From assembly GCF_006345805.1 (NCBI RefSeq), contig NC_043016.1, positions 11,718,001 to 11,782,000 on the forward strand: 64,000 bases of DNA. The letters run 5' to 3'. This document shows positions 10,482-23,220 of this stretch, one piece after another. Source of the stretch: Octopus sinensis (taxonomy: Eukaryota). Position 1 is the stretch's first letter. Each line of letters opens with the position of its first letter. A program made the position numbers and the translations under genes. The notes under the pieces were generated by a model. The model was not told the origin of the DNA and did no database searches. It was given only the letters and a program-made list of their open reading frames with translations.

Positions 10482-12235
10482 CTGACAACAACCCAAGAAG
10501 TTAATAGCAAACTGCAAGCACAACAACACCAAACATCTGATTTCCATAACGAAACCATAAAACAACATCTACAACATAAAGAATTTCAGCAGACAACCAG
10601 TTTGCATCAAAGCCAGCAGGATGTGGAGTTAAGCAATGCATCTAACTTGAGAACTGCTGCTACGGAGACACACCCTTCTAACGGAGATGCTCTAGAATCA
10701 AACGTTTCAACTGTGCTCTCGCAAGCATCTCTGCCCTCTCGGCTTGCTATGGTTGAGACATTTTCTGCTCAGTCCCTCACAACTCAGCAGCCCATTACGT
10801 CGTTCATCAAAGAGAACAACATCCAGTCCCAGCTGTCTTACTCCCAGCTCTATCAGTTCTCCAACAACACTGCTGCATCCAACTCGTTATCGATTGCCGA
10901 AGAGCACATTGCTACCACGGAACTCAACTCTGGTGCAAATTCAATATCGTTGAATTTTGAATCTAACTCTGCAGCTGAGCAACAAGGACAGCAAAAAAGT
11001 AGGCATGAACAACAACAACAAACTTTAATCCAACAGCAGCAACAAACTTTACAGCAACAACAACAGACTTTACAACAGCAACAGCAGCAACAACTTCAAC
11101 TTACACAACAAACACAGACACAACAACAACAGCAGCAATCATCTCAACAACAAACACAGCATTCTGGATTCCAATCCGTTCGTCAAGTTACAATGTCTTC
11201 ACTAAAAAATGAAAACAACAACAACAAACTTTAATCCAACAGCAGCAACAAACTTTACAGCAACAACAACAGACTTTACAACAGCAACAGCAGCAACAAC
11301 TTCAACTTACACAACAACACAGACACAACAACAACAGCAGCAATCATCTCAACAACAAACACAGCATTCTGGATTCCAATCCGTTCGTCAAGTTACAATG
11401 TCTTCACTAAAAAATGAAAACAACAACAACAACAACAACATGGAAGAGCTTTCTAAGCATAATATAAACAAGGACCCTTATATGTTTTCAAGTGGGAATG
11501 CTTCACTCTTCTCATTTCCCCCAGGTAATACACTGCCCTTTGACAACACTCTGCCCGACGATTTAAGCCATCGTTCTGGCGCCGCTGGTCAATTCCAGCC
11601 AATTGGATGCGAGGACGAAAAAGACAAAGACCGACTTCTCTCTGAACTCGATGGAAGCACAGAAATGAAATCATTGAGTTCTATTCTGTTATCTGATTCT
11701 AGCTCCTCATTGATGGATTTGGCAAGCCGAGCCTTAGATTTGAATCAATTCAACAAAAACTGTGATGATCACAAACTTCAGCGCTCAAAAAGCGAGGACC
11801 ATACCTTCATGAGGCCCCAGAATCGCAGTGAAGACGTCCCTTACAGACCACGAAGTCGAAATGAAGACCCTGTCACTAGTAGATGGCGTAACCAACCTGA
11901 AGAACAGATAAAATCTGAAGGTGCTGGCATTTTCCGAAATCCAAATCTTGGAACAAGTCCGGTGAGAACAAAACGGAAGCACCGACCTGCGCCACTCATC
12001 ATACCGCCATATGTGAGCAATAGTGGTTTTCAGAGTAGACTCAGGTCCCCACGGGTACGTGACGGAAATGAAGTCCGCACTCTTTCTCCTCCTCCCTATA
12101 CACCTCCCCCCATGCTTAGCCCAGTCCGAAGTGGACCTGGTCTGTTCTGCAATATTCAAACACCTTATCGACCTGTTTCACCCAGGTTAAGCTCAAATAT
12201 GAGTGCCCGCCTACCACCAATCATAAACCGACAAA
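10482..12235 (+). CDS. ZNF541/TRERF1-like: Window exon 6, large exon with the family-conserved P-rich motif; interrupted by a frameshifting tandem duplication
   Basis: ctgtttcAG|CTG. The 3' part encodes KRKHRPAPLIIPP...FQSRLRSPRV...PPPYTPPPMLSPVRSGPGLF, the motif shared by TRERF1/MIDEAS/ZNF541. Donor GTAAGT at 12236, phase 1. Confidence 0.85.
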
Positions 12236-13630
12236 GTAAGTATTTTGGTTTTATTTTACCAGCTATAAGATTTTTTTTTTTTTAATTTTGTATACATGTA
12301 TTTATTTTACACTTTTTTTTATATATAACTAATTAAGTATATAAATATTAATGACTATATAAACCATACATTTAAATATAAAGTACCATCAGATTACATG
12401 AAATAACATGACATTTCGTTAATTTAAGAACATTTAAACTGGCATAAGAATGCAGTTTCCAAATGAATTTTATTTTCAACATCCAACTTCCATTCTAGCA
12501 AGGGTTGGATGGTTTGACAATCTGATGAGATGAAGGACTGCATAGTGTTCCAGTATCTACTTTGGCATGGTACCTGTGGGCATTCGTCTGCAGAAACCAT
12601 GACAAAGTTGATATTGATGTGCGATGCTGTGTTTGAACTTGTAACGACTTTCCCAAACTGTCTGACTTGACCCTTGATCCTATACCATCATCAAAGCCAG
12701 ATATTAAGTGATGACAGCAAATATAAACTCTACAGATTCTTTAGAATTCCTGATGTATATCCAGTAGCCAGAGCATATCTACTGTATGATGACATCTGGT
12801 AGCCAAGATCTGTTGACGAGCTTTGCATAGCATTTTACAAGGTTTTTACCCAAATTCTGTTTAACTTATATTTATATGCACATGCATGTGTGCATGAAAG
12901 GTGTTATTTCCACTTCTTTCGTGGGATCATCTGAACAGTCAAAGAAAACCCTATTTTCATTTAATTCAATGTCTTGTAGCTCTGCATTCTCCAACCAGTA
13001 GAATAAAGCTTTCCTTATTTATAAAGCAGGAAAGGATCAATGACAGGTTGACTATCTGACTGTAAAAATACTGCTTCAAATAAATATTCATCCATCTTGT
13101 TCCATCAGAGAAAAAAAATGGATGTCATGATTGGCGTTAGGAAGGGCATCCAGCTGTAGAAACACTGCCATATCTGACTGGCCTGGTGCAGCCTTCGGGC
13201 TTGCCAGACCCCAGTTGAACCGTCCAACCCATGCTAGCATGGAAAGCGGACGTTAAACGATGATGATGATGATGATGATGATTATAGAATTATCAAAATA
13301 TTTAAAGAAAAATATGACTACATTCATTTTTCAAATCTTTTTCAGTTTTTTATTTTTATTTTTTTTACTAAATTACTGTCAAATGTCTTAAAGGATTTGA
13401 CATTTAGCAGGTGACATATGAGACCCTAAAATAACTTCTATTACACATAGAACCAAGTTATGTTGGCAATCTAAGCATGGTAGTTTTATAACGTCGTTAT
13501 AAATATTAAGAGGTATATTTAAACTGTATATATATTTTTGCAAGATGTTTAATTACTTAGCAAGATTCATTGTAATTGTTTCACTATAAAAATATTAATA
13601 AAAATCATACAATTTCATTTGCCACAACAG

Positions 13631-13715
13631 TAAGTATTGGAACCCCATCTCAAGAAACGCCAGCCAGTGATGAAACGACAGAAACAGAAGCACCTCCAGA
13701 AACCGATATATTACC
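13631..13715 (+). CDS. ZNF541/TRERF1-like: Window exon 7 (lead-in to ELM2)
   Basis: acaacAG|TA; SIGTPSQETPASDETTETEAPPETDILP; donor GTAAGT at 13716; phases 1/2 fit both neighbours. Confidence 0.85.
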
Positions 13716-14009
13716 GTAAGTATTCTTCATCATCATCTAATGTTTGTTTTCCATGCTGGCAACCTATGCTCTGGCAACAATCATGCTCGTATGGTACATA
13801 CTAATGTATGCACATCATTAAAAGACATGATTTTATGAAATCGTCTGCAATAAGTTCCCTTCATAGTCTCGATGTGTTAAAAACTCGATATGTACCAGAG
13901 TAAGATAAAACTGTTGCTACAGAGACTTGTAAGAACAAAGTGTCTCGGCTTTGTTGAGCCCTGTTAATACTGTGCACCTGATTGTCACCTGCTTTGACAA
14001 AGGGTAACG

Positions 14010-14342
14010 GGTAAAGACCCCCTTCGGTCATGAATGACCATGGGATTGCACCTAGAAAGTTACCCTCCCAGGCACAAGTCCAGGTATGATTGTTTATGGA
14101 AGACCAGCAGTCGTCCATGCATACCAGCCTCCCTTCTCCACGCCACTGATGTTATCCAAGAGAAAGGCAAAAGGTGATACAGTTTGGCACCTGTGACGTC
14201 GCAACTCATTTCTACAGCTGAGTGAACTAGAGAAACATGAAATAAAGTGTCTTGCTCAAGAACACAACATATAGCCTAGTCTGAGAATCAAACTCATTAC
14301 CTCATGATTGTAAACCCAATGCTCTAAACACTGAGCCATGCA
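14010..14342 (-). mobile_element. tRNA-derived SINE, family D, reverse copy
   Basis: Reverse complement of 2727-3062. Confidence 0.75.
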
Positions 14343-14588
14343 ACATAATGTTTTTAACACACCATGGCTATGAAGAGATTTTATCTCAGACAGTTCCACA
14401 GCATCATGCCTTCTAATGGTGTCTATACATTCAGTATGATAAACAGATGTCAATATGACTTTGCTTATTTCACTAAAGTCCTCAAAAACTAACAAATGAA
14501 TGATTAATTCTTAATCTTGTACATCTTGTCTTAAATCAAATGCAATCAATTGGCAAAATTTGTTAATGTGTCTATTTTTGACTCTTAA

Positions 14589-15665
14589 CCCTTTCGTTAC
14601 CAAACTGCCCAAAGCCGCCCGAAAAAAATTTTGGTTTATGAAACCAAACCGCCCAAAGCCGCCCGAATTTACCTATTCATATTTAAATGAGAATATCAGA
14701 GCAAATCTATTCAGTACATTCGTGAAAACACGTATTATACTTCGTAAACAGTTCAACTACAGTTTTGTACAATAATCGAAGTGTAATTTTAATTCCGTGA
14801 ATTTTGGGAGATTTTTTTCCAAAATTTGTTCCTATTGTGTTTTCAAAATTTGTAATTCTGACAAAAAATGGATACGAATTTCATTATATCAAGCAGCGAG
14901 TCAGAATTCGAAGGATTTTCTACTGAAGACCTTCATAAATCTAACTCTATGACTGAAAAAAAAAAGCACATGGTATTTGATAATGAATTTGATGTTTCAT
15001 TTTCCGAAAGTGAAAACAGTGAATCTGAGATCTCCGATAGCGATAAAGAAAACGAATTGGCACCTGAATGGAGTGAAAATTTAAAAACTGTTTCTTTCGG
15101 TGATTTTTCTGCAGAAACTGGACCAAGCCACAGACTTTCCAGAAGGGTAAAGCCTTAGGCTATTTCTATTACTTTTTCGAATGAGCCTATTTGAAATCAT
15201 TACAGCGAAAACGAACCGTTACGCTAAACGAACAAAATGAAAGAAAGGATAGTTTGTTATTTCCCACAACCTTAATGAAATTAAGGCCTATTTTGCCATA
15301 AATATTATTATGGGTGTCAGAAAGTTACCCAGAATAACAAATTCTATTGTAAAATTTTGTTGTATACCCAATTGAATATTAGCTAATATTTTCTATAATG
15401 ATGTTTGAACAAAATTTTAATAATTTTATATTTTGTGGAATTTACCTGTATCTACCTGCAAATAGAGTCACTTTGTGACAAAAATTATAGTATAGAATTG
15501 GTTGAGAATATTTCATTAAATTATCTTCCAAAAATCAGATTAATATATCGATAAATAAAAAAGTTATAGTTGTTTAATGAAACCAGACTAAATTTATGAT
15601 TACGTTAGAAATTAATTGAAACACATAAGGGGTGTAATTTGGTCAGAAATATAGTAATGAAAGGG
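14589..15665 (+). mobile_element. Internally deleted piggyBac transposon
   Basis: TTAA at 14585-14588 and 15666-15669; TIRs ccctttcgttac / gtaatgaaaggg; acidic N-terminal ORF 14868-15158 followed by out-of-frame FEIITAKTNRYA and NEIKAYFAINIIMGVRKLPRI, typical of the piggyBac transposase N-terminus. Confidence 0.85.
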
Positions 15666-15745
15666 TTAAAATAGCAAAACCAAGTTATTTTTTTCAGGAT
15701 CTGAAAACTTAAACTGACCTTTTGGATTTTTATCTTTTTTTTTAG

Positions 15746-15795
15746 GCACGTGAATATTGGATCAAATTACCAAGCAGAATTGCCACATTTTACTA
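15746..15795 (+). CDS. ZNF541/TRERF1-like: Window exon 8, ELM2 start
   Basis: tttttAG|G; HVNIGSNYQAELPHFT matches the ELM2 signature (I-x-I/V-G-x-x-Y/F-Q-A-x-L/I-P); donor GTGAGT at 15796. Confidence 0.92.
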
Positions 15796-16577
15796 GTGAG
15801 TATTTCTATCTTTTGTTATTGATTTAACACTAGTATTATTTTTTTTTTATTTTTATGAATGGCCAATTTTGGAATTGTATGGAATCATATACAAAAATGT
15901 AAAATCTTGCAACATTTTTTTCTGTTTCTTTGGATTATTCTGAAATCAAATGCTGTAACTCTTTCAATGCAAGGTTTTTATTTAATCTTTTCGTTATCAT
16001 ATTTCTGTTGAAATACACTGGCTTTGATTCCATTAGTTTTTAAAATAATGAAGAATTTAATGAAATAACTTTGTCATTATTAAACTGGTGTTTTGGAACA
16101 TAAATTAACACGAACTTTTCATGGAATTCTTTAATTTAGATCTGTTTAATTCCTTTTTGTTACCATATTTCTGTTGAGATACACTGTTTTTTGTTTCAAT
16201 CAATTTTGAAAACCATGCAAAATTTCTTAAAATAATTATTATTCTGGTTCTTGGAGCATAAATTAACATAAAATTTTGATGCAAGGTTTTAATTGAATCA
16301 TATTAATTACATTGAATTAATTATACACCTAATAGCAGTCATTCGTCTCCAAGACTGTTTACTATTGTCAAATAAACCTGTTTCAACTGAGAATTCAATC
16401 AGCATCAAAGACTATTTAACTGAGAGTTTACCAAAACACCTTTATGGAACATGCATTAAATCTTTTACAAAATCTGCAGTGTTGAAATTTGAAATACTTT
16501 AGAAGTTTGACATTTGTGGTTCTAATTCATGGATTTTCCCAGAAAATCTATAATCCTAAACATTCTGTTTTGTGCAG

Positions 16578-16664
16578 GTAATCGATTTGATGTTTCAATG
16601 TTGGAATCAAAAGAGGACCTTCTGTGGCATCCAAGAATACTGGATGATAAAAATGAAGAAGATG
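16578..16664 (+). CDS. ZNF541/TRERF1-like: Window exon 9, ELM2
   Basis: tgtgcAG|GT; SNRFDVSMLESKEDLLWHPRILDDKNEED; donor GTAAAA at 16665. Confidence 0.88.
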
Positions 16665-18093
16665 GTAAAAATTCTAAATTTATAATTTTGAACACTCTAA
16701 CCTTTCATAATGTAATAAATAATTTTACCCATAGGAGGTAGTATTTTTATAAAGATAACCATTACTCTCTAATAGGCAACTTTTCACAATGTATACAAGC
16801 AGCTCTTTACTTCTATAAACTGTTTTTAATATGTATATAGGCAATAGTTGGCTATGTGGTAAGTAGCTTGCTTACCAACCACATGGTTCTGGGTTCATGG
16901 CACCTTGGGCAAATGTCTTCTACTATAGCCTCAGGCTGACCAAAGCCTTGTGAGTGGATTTGGTAAACGGAAACTGAAAGAAGCCCATCATGTATGTTTA
17001 TGTGTCTGTGTTTGTCCCCCCAACATCGCTTGGCAACCAATGCTGATGCGTTTACATCCCCGTAACTTAGCGGTTCGGCAAAAGAGACCGAAAGAATAAG
17101 TCCTAGAGTCAGTTTGCTCAACTAAAGGCAGTGCTCCAGCATGGCCACACTCAAATGACTGAAACAAGTAAAAGAGTATATGTATGTATGTATGCATGTA
17201 TGTGTGTATATATGTTTGTGTGTCTGTGTTTGTACCCCTAACATCACTTGACAACTGATGCTAGTGCCTTTACGTCACCGTAACTTAGCAGTTCGGCAAA
17301 AGAGATTGATAGAATAAGTACTAGGCTTACAAAGAATAAGTCCTGGGGTCGATTTGCTCGACTAAAGGCAGTGCTCCAGCATGGCCGCAGTCAAATGACT
17401 GAAACAAGTAAAAGAATAAAAGAATAGTTATATTTTATATTATTTCAATATATATACATGTGTTTATGTGTATGTATATATATATAAAATTACGCTATTA
17501 GATTTTGTTATACACTGCTGGTCACAATGCACTTCCTTGTATTGTTATAGCTGTCAAATGATGCCATCATGCTGGCTAGGCAGGCAGACCAACATTCCCC
17601 TACAAACGGAATGCTTGTCCATCACAGGGTTACCTATTATCAGCCGAGTGGACTGGTGCAATGAAATGTTTTTTTTCTCAAGTGTTCAACACATTGCTTC
17701 TCTGGGAATCAAAACCATAACCTTGCAGTCATGAGTGCAACACCTTCACCACTAGATCACATGCCTTCACACAGATATCATTATCATTTAATGTCCATTT
17801 TCCATGCTGGCAAGGATCGGACAGTCTTTGACCAGAGATGGTAAGCCAGAGGTCTGTGCTAAGCTTTACTGTCTGTTTTGGCCTGGTTTCTATGGATGGA
17901 TGCCCTTCCTAATGCCAACCACTTTACAAAGTGGACTGGGTGTTTTCCACATGGCACCAGCACCAGTGAAGTCTGCTTTGGGCCTGGTTTTATAGCTGAC
18001 TACAAATCTACCTGATTAGTCAGTACTACATATTTACCGTTTTGTTCAAATGAAAGGAACTCAGTTTAATTCTTTCTTTGCACTCTCTTGCAG

Positions 18094-18197
18094 TCCAGTG
18101 CTACCAAAATCTTGCAAGTTCCTCTGCTGTTAAAGGAAATGGATCAAACGTTGAGTATGCCATGCACCTTCTGTTCATAGCACAAGGAGATATTCAG
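18094..18197 (+). CDS. ZNF541/TRERF1-like: Window exon 10, ELM2
   Basis: ctcttgcAG|TC; VQCYQNLASSSAVKGNGSNVEYAMHLLFIAQGDIQ; donor GTATGT at 18198. Confidence 0.9.
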
Positions 18198-18307
18198 GTA
18201 TGTAGATATTCCTTCTTAACAATTTGCCTTTATTTACCGTTCTTTTATGGTTTGCTTGTTTATCACTTTATTCACCTCCATCCAAAATTGATAGCCTGGG
18301 CTATTAT

Positions 18308-18340
<33 letters not shown>

Positions 18341-18355
18341 AATTATTATTACTAC

Positions 18356-18385
<30 letters not shown>

Positions 18386-18386
<1 letters not shown>

Positions 18387-18600
18387 CCTTTTGTTACCAT
18401 ATTTCTGTTGAGATGCTTTGTGTTCCTTTCAATTAATTTTAAATATAACAAAGTATTTAGTAAAATAACTTAGTTGTCATTCAGCTAGTGTTAGGAACAT
18501 AAATTGTGACTAAGGTTTGGTGGAAGATTTTAATTCAAAACTTATGTAAACAAGACATTTCTACTCAGAGCCGGTTTCAGCCAGGTTGGCAACGAAAGGG
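18386..18600. mobile_element. piggyBac-type MITE, family 1
   Basis: TTAA|cccttttgttacc...gcaacgaaaggg|TTAA; ends match the 14589-15665 TIRs. Other copies 39557-39761, 52512-52722, 52747-52967; decayed copies at about 9715-9850, 15990-16290, 56230-56730. Confidence 0.88.
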
Positions 18601-19300
18601 TTAAGGTGGCAAGCTGGCAGAACCGTTAGCAGCATTTCATTAGTCTGCACGTTCTGAGTTCAAGTTCCACCGATGTTCCTTTCGTCCTTTTGGGGGGTCG
18701 GTAAAATAAAGTACCAATTGAATACTAGGGTTGATGTAATCGACTATCCCCCGACCCCTAAAATTTCAGATCTTGTGCCTATAGTAAAAAGGATATATCA
18801 TCATCATCATCGCGGTGGTGAGCTGGCAGAATCATTAGCACGCCAGCCGAAATGCCTAGCAGTATTTTGTCTGTCACTATATTCTGAGTTCAAATTCCAC
18901 CAAGGTCGACTTTGCTTTTCATCCTTTCGGGGTCGATAAATTAAGTATCAGTTGAAACACTGGGGTTGATGTAATGAGCTGGTCTCCTCCCACAAAATTT
19001 CGGGCCTTGTGCCTACAGCAGGAAGGATTTGAGAGAAATTTAGCTGTTATTTATAGAAGGTCAAGTAATCACACTGAGGGGCTCACATTGCTTGACAGAT
19101 GCTTGGTTAAACAGTAGTGAATGCCTCCAGCTGTGAACATTTTTATATCAGTTATATACATTCCCCCACTTTGCTTATAAAATCCTTAATTACAAGTTCT
19201 ATTGTTTTAGCTTCAAATTATAATCTTAAAATGTGTCATTTATACACAAAAATAGAATATACTGAAAATCATTTTTTCTTTTTTTTTTTTTTTTTCTCAG

Positions 19301-19376
19301 AATGCACTACTAATGTTGATGGGAGATGTTCCTAAACTGCCAAAGAATCATCCTCTAATGTCATTTACATATCAAG
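19301..19376 (+). CDS. ZNF541/TRERF1-like: Window exon 11, ELM2-SANT linker
   Basis: Long T tract, ctcAG|AAT; NALLMLMGDVPKLPKNHPLMSFTYQ; donor GTAAGC at 19377. Confidence 0.9.
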
Positions 19377-19579
19377 GTAAGCATCCGTGAAATGTGTGTT
19401 GTATGCATATTTTTAAAAATTTTATATACCATGTTTTGTGAACAGTAACATCATTACTTACTTTTTTTTAATGAGCCAATCACTGATCCAATACATGGCA
19501 AAAATGTCAAGGCCATATCCAAACCAGGGCTGCCTGATTGGTTCCCATGCCGGTGGCATGTAAAAAGCACCCACTACAC

Positions 19580-19780
19580 CAGTGCTTTTCAACCTTTTTG
19601 CTGGAGCGGAACCCCAAGAAAACATTTCACTGGCTCAAGGAACCCCTGTGCAATAATTTAATAATCTTATGCACACATATCTGTACAGGAGACTTAAAAA
19701 TTACTGTCGATTTTAGCATTTTGGTAACTTCTTGTGGAACCCCTGGACTGTACTGGCGGAACCCTGGTTGAAAACCACTG
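19580..19780. mobile_element. hAT-type MITE nested in an RTE-tail element
   Basis: TIR cagtgcttttcaacc / ggttgaaaaccactg; 8-bp TSD cactacac at 19572-19579 and 19781-19788. Confidence 0.9.
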
Positions 19781-20940
19781 CACTACACTCTCAGGGTGGT
19801 TGGCGTTAGGAAGGGCATCCAGCTGTAGAAATCTTGCCAGATCAGATTGGAGCCTGGTGCAGTCGCTAGCTTTCCAGCTCTCAGTCAAACCATCCAACCT
19901 ATGCCAGCATGGAAAACGGACGTTAAACGATGACGGTGATGTTTTATATTCAAATTGGTCTGATCCAACCTCTCATGCTTGCCCTACAATGTCATTCTAA
20001 AAGTAAACAATTACATCATTCACGTTTCAGTGTCACACAATAATGCATAATTACTTCAAAATATTATGAATAAATAAACATTACATTTGACTGAGGAATC
20101 TGAATGGTAAAAGGTTAAAACACTTCAACTAATGCACAGGAGTGGCTGTGTGGTAAGTAGCTTGCTAACCAACCACATGGTTCCAGGTTCAGTCCCACTG
20201 CGTGGCATCTTGGGCGTCTTCTGCTATAGCCCTGGGCCGACCAATGCCTTGTGAGTGGATTTGGTAGACAAACTGAAAGAAGCCTGTCATATATATATGT
20301 GTGTGTGTCTGTGTTTGTCCCCCTAGCATTGCTTGACAACCGATGCTGGTGTGTTTTCACGTCCCTGTCACTTAGTGGTTCGGCAAAAGAGACTGATAGA
20401 ATAAGTACTGGGCTTACAAAGAATAAGTCCTGGGGTCGATTTGCTTGACTAAAGGTGGTGCTCCAGCATGGCCACAGTCCATGATGATGATGATGATTTA
20501 AACTTAATTACACTCTCTTTCGTTAATAAATATATTTACAATAAAGGCCACGTTTCTTCTTCATCCACCAACTTCTATATATACGACGGGCTTCTTTCAG
20601 TTTCCGTCTGCCAAATCTACCCACAAGGCTTTGGTCGGCCCGAGGCTATAGTAGAAGACACTTGCCCAAGGTGCCACGCAGTGGGACTGAACCCGGACCA
20701 TGTGGTCGGTAAACAAGCTACTTACCACACAGCCACCCCTGCGCCAATGGTATACAAAAAGAAGGAATGAGGGAGAAAGAGTGACATGCAAACATGAGAA
20801 AAAGAGTACAGTTCTATATTTAAGAGATGAGGAATTATGTAAATAATGAAAAAAAGAGTAGTTTAACGGGAAAAAAAATGGGAGGGGGAGTTTAAAAAAC
20901 TTTTGTATTCATCGAAGATTCTCTTGTTTTTCCACTTTAG

Positions 20941-21029
20941 AAAATGACGACTGGACAACAGAAGAAATTGAGGCTTACAATGCAGCGTTGATGAAATGTG
21001 ACAAAGACTTCTTCAACATCGCAAAAGTG
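20941..21029 (+). CDS. ZNF541/TRERF1-like: Window exon 12, SANT N-half
   Basis: cactttAG|AA; ENDDWTTEEIEAYNAALMKCDKDFFNIAKV (SANT W-T-x-E-E...KDF motif); donor GTAAGG at 21030. Confidence 0.93.
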
Positions 21030-21461
21030 GTAAGGTTAATTTGTCTATTTTAATAAAACTTCAGTACTGTTGCTGCTGTTGTTGTTGTTGCCAATTTGAC
21101 TCTGATTAGTTTAGTCCTAATCGAGCAAGATTGTGATCAAAAGGTGTTGCTGTCATCACCATTCCGTAATTGGAAATATCATCCAATGTAACTGAAGGAT
21201 ACATTGGATAATATCATCCAATGTATCCTTCTTTTGTTTAAGACAAGCTTGATTTGAAAGAAATTTGACTGTTGTTTTTAGCAAGGTGATAGAGGCTTTC
21301 TTGTAGGAACCACAGCAGGTTACACTGTTTGCTGTTTAAGTGTTAAGGTACACTAACATAGCTATTTCAGATGCAAAAATGTATTGTTGTTGTTGAAGGC
21401 ATTGCACAGTATCCAATATTGTGATGTTGCAGTTTAAAGATATTGTATGTACCAGGAGTTT

Positions 21462-22140
21462 GTATTGTCTGTCAAGTCACAAAGGTAAAGGTGACACATT
21501 AGATACGAATAATTACAGAGTTATCAAGTTGTTGGGTCGGGTAATGAAAGTCACGGAGAGGGTCATATCCCAACTAATTAGGGAGAGAGTCAGTTTAGAC
21601 GAGATGCAGTTTGGGTTTGTGCCGGAAAACCACTGATGCTCTATTTCTGGTAAGACAGCTGCAGGAGAAATACATTGCCAAAGATAAGCCCCTGTACCTA
21701 GCTTTTGTTGACATGGAGAAAGCCTTTGACAGGGTGCCCTGATACTGTCAGTAAGGTGAGGGTTGGAAACAAGTATAGTGAAAAAGTATCAGCCCTCAGC
21801 CCCCTCTTATTCATTTTAGTCCTCCAGGCAATAACAGAGGAACTCAAGACAAGTTGCATATGGATGAGGACAACAGTGTGAATAAGTATCACACCTTAGC
21901 AGTAGAGGGAACCTGTGGAAGAGGTAGACCCAGGACGACCTGTGATGACTTGGTGAAGTACAACATTTGAATGTTAGGCCTCACAGACATGATGACAAGC
22001 AACTGAGAACTTTGGATATATGCTGTGCTTGAAGTCCTGACAAGCCAAGTGAGACCGTAACCATGGCCTATGCCAGTGTAGCATAACTGGCCCATTTAAG
22101 AGTACCCTTCAACCATCGGGCAAATAAACTGTGCTTGAGG
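21462..22140 (+). mobile_element. Internally deleted RTE-clade LINE fragment (RT region plus 3' end)
   Basis: HKGKGDTLDTNNYRVIKLLGRVMKVTERVISQLIRERVSLDEMQFGFVP, then out-of-frame AFVDMEKAFDRVP. Confidence 0.85.
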
Positions 22141-22149
22141 GCGTTGTGA

Positions 22150-23075
22150 TTTGACAGCCTTCCTACTTACTAAGACTTTGGTTTTGCTAGGTTAACCCTA
22201 AGGCCCTTCAATTCTAGACCTTGCTTCCACATCCTAAACTTTGTCTCCAGTTCTGGCGGTGACTTGACTATAAGAGCAAGGTTGTCAGCATAGAGGAACT
22301 CCCAGGGGCAGCCTGTCTTGAATTCCTCTGTTATTGCCTGGAGGACTATAATGAATAAGAGCAGGCTGAGGACTGATCCTTGGTGAACCCCTATCTCTAC
22401 ACAGAATTCTTCACTGTACTTGTTGCCAACTCTCACCTTACTGACTGTCCCTGTACAGAGCTTAATCAGCTCTTAGCAGCCACTCGTCTATCCCCAGTTT
22501 CCACATTGACCACCAAATAAGGGATCAAGGAATCCTGTCAAAGGCTTTCTCCAAGTCAACAAAAGCCAAGTTCAAAGGTTTATCTTTGGCTAGGTATTTC
22601 TCCTGCAGTTGCCTTACCAGAAATATAGCATCAGTGGTGCTTCTACCTGGCACAAAACTGAACTGCATCTCATCTAGGCTAATTCTCTCCCTATTTAGTT
22701 GGGCTATGACCCTCTCTGTAACTTTCATCACCTGATCCAATAATTTGATACCCCTGTAGTTATTCCTATCTAAAGCATCACATTTTCCCTTGTAGCAGTT
22801 GACTATGGTACTGCTACACCAGTCATTGGGTATGATTCCTTCATGTACTTCCTGATTTACAATGCGGGTAACCCACACTGCCCAATATTTTAAGCATCCC
22901 AGCAGTGATTCCTGATAGGCCAGGTGCTTTCTCTGTCTTCATATCCTTAATTGCTTTATCTACCTAAGTACTGTCGATTCGGATAGATGGTCCCTTAATT
23001 TGGTCAACCTTTGGCGGACTCTCCTCCTCCCATTCATTTTCCACATTCAGCAGTCTTTCATAATGGCTTCTCATT
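22150..23075 (-). mobile_element. RTE-clade LINE RT fragment, inverted relative to 21462-22140
   Basis: ORFs 22525-22878 (NYRGIKLL...AFVDLEKAFDRIP) and 22170-22436 (GVHQGSVLS...FLYADNL). Confidence 0.9.
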
Positions 23076-23220
23076 TTAAAAATCATCTCTGGCTAATCGT
23101 TGAGAGGACATTGGTGTTGCCTTGGCGCAGGTTTGCACTCCCTGAGTGCTCTTGTTAGTATTAATATTATATCTCGTTTAATGTTATCTTTGCTAAATAT
23201 GGATGCATTTTATTTTTCAG

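Noticed and set aside
12640-13020. Possible minus-strand coding remnant (IRKALFYWLENAELQDIEL...)
   Set aside because: Short, bounded by stops, with no recognisable motif.
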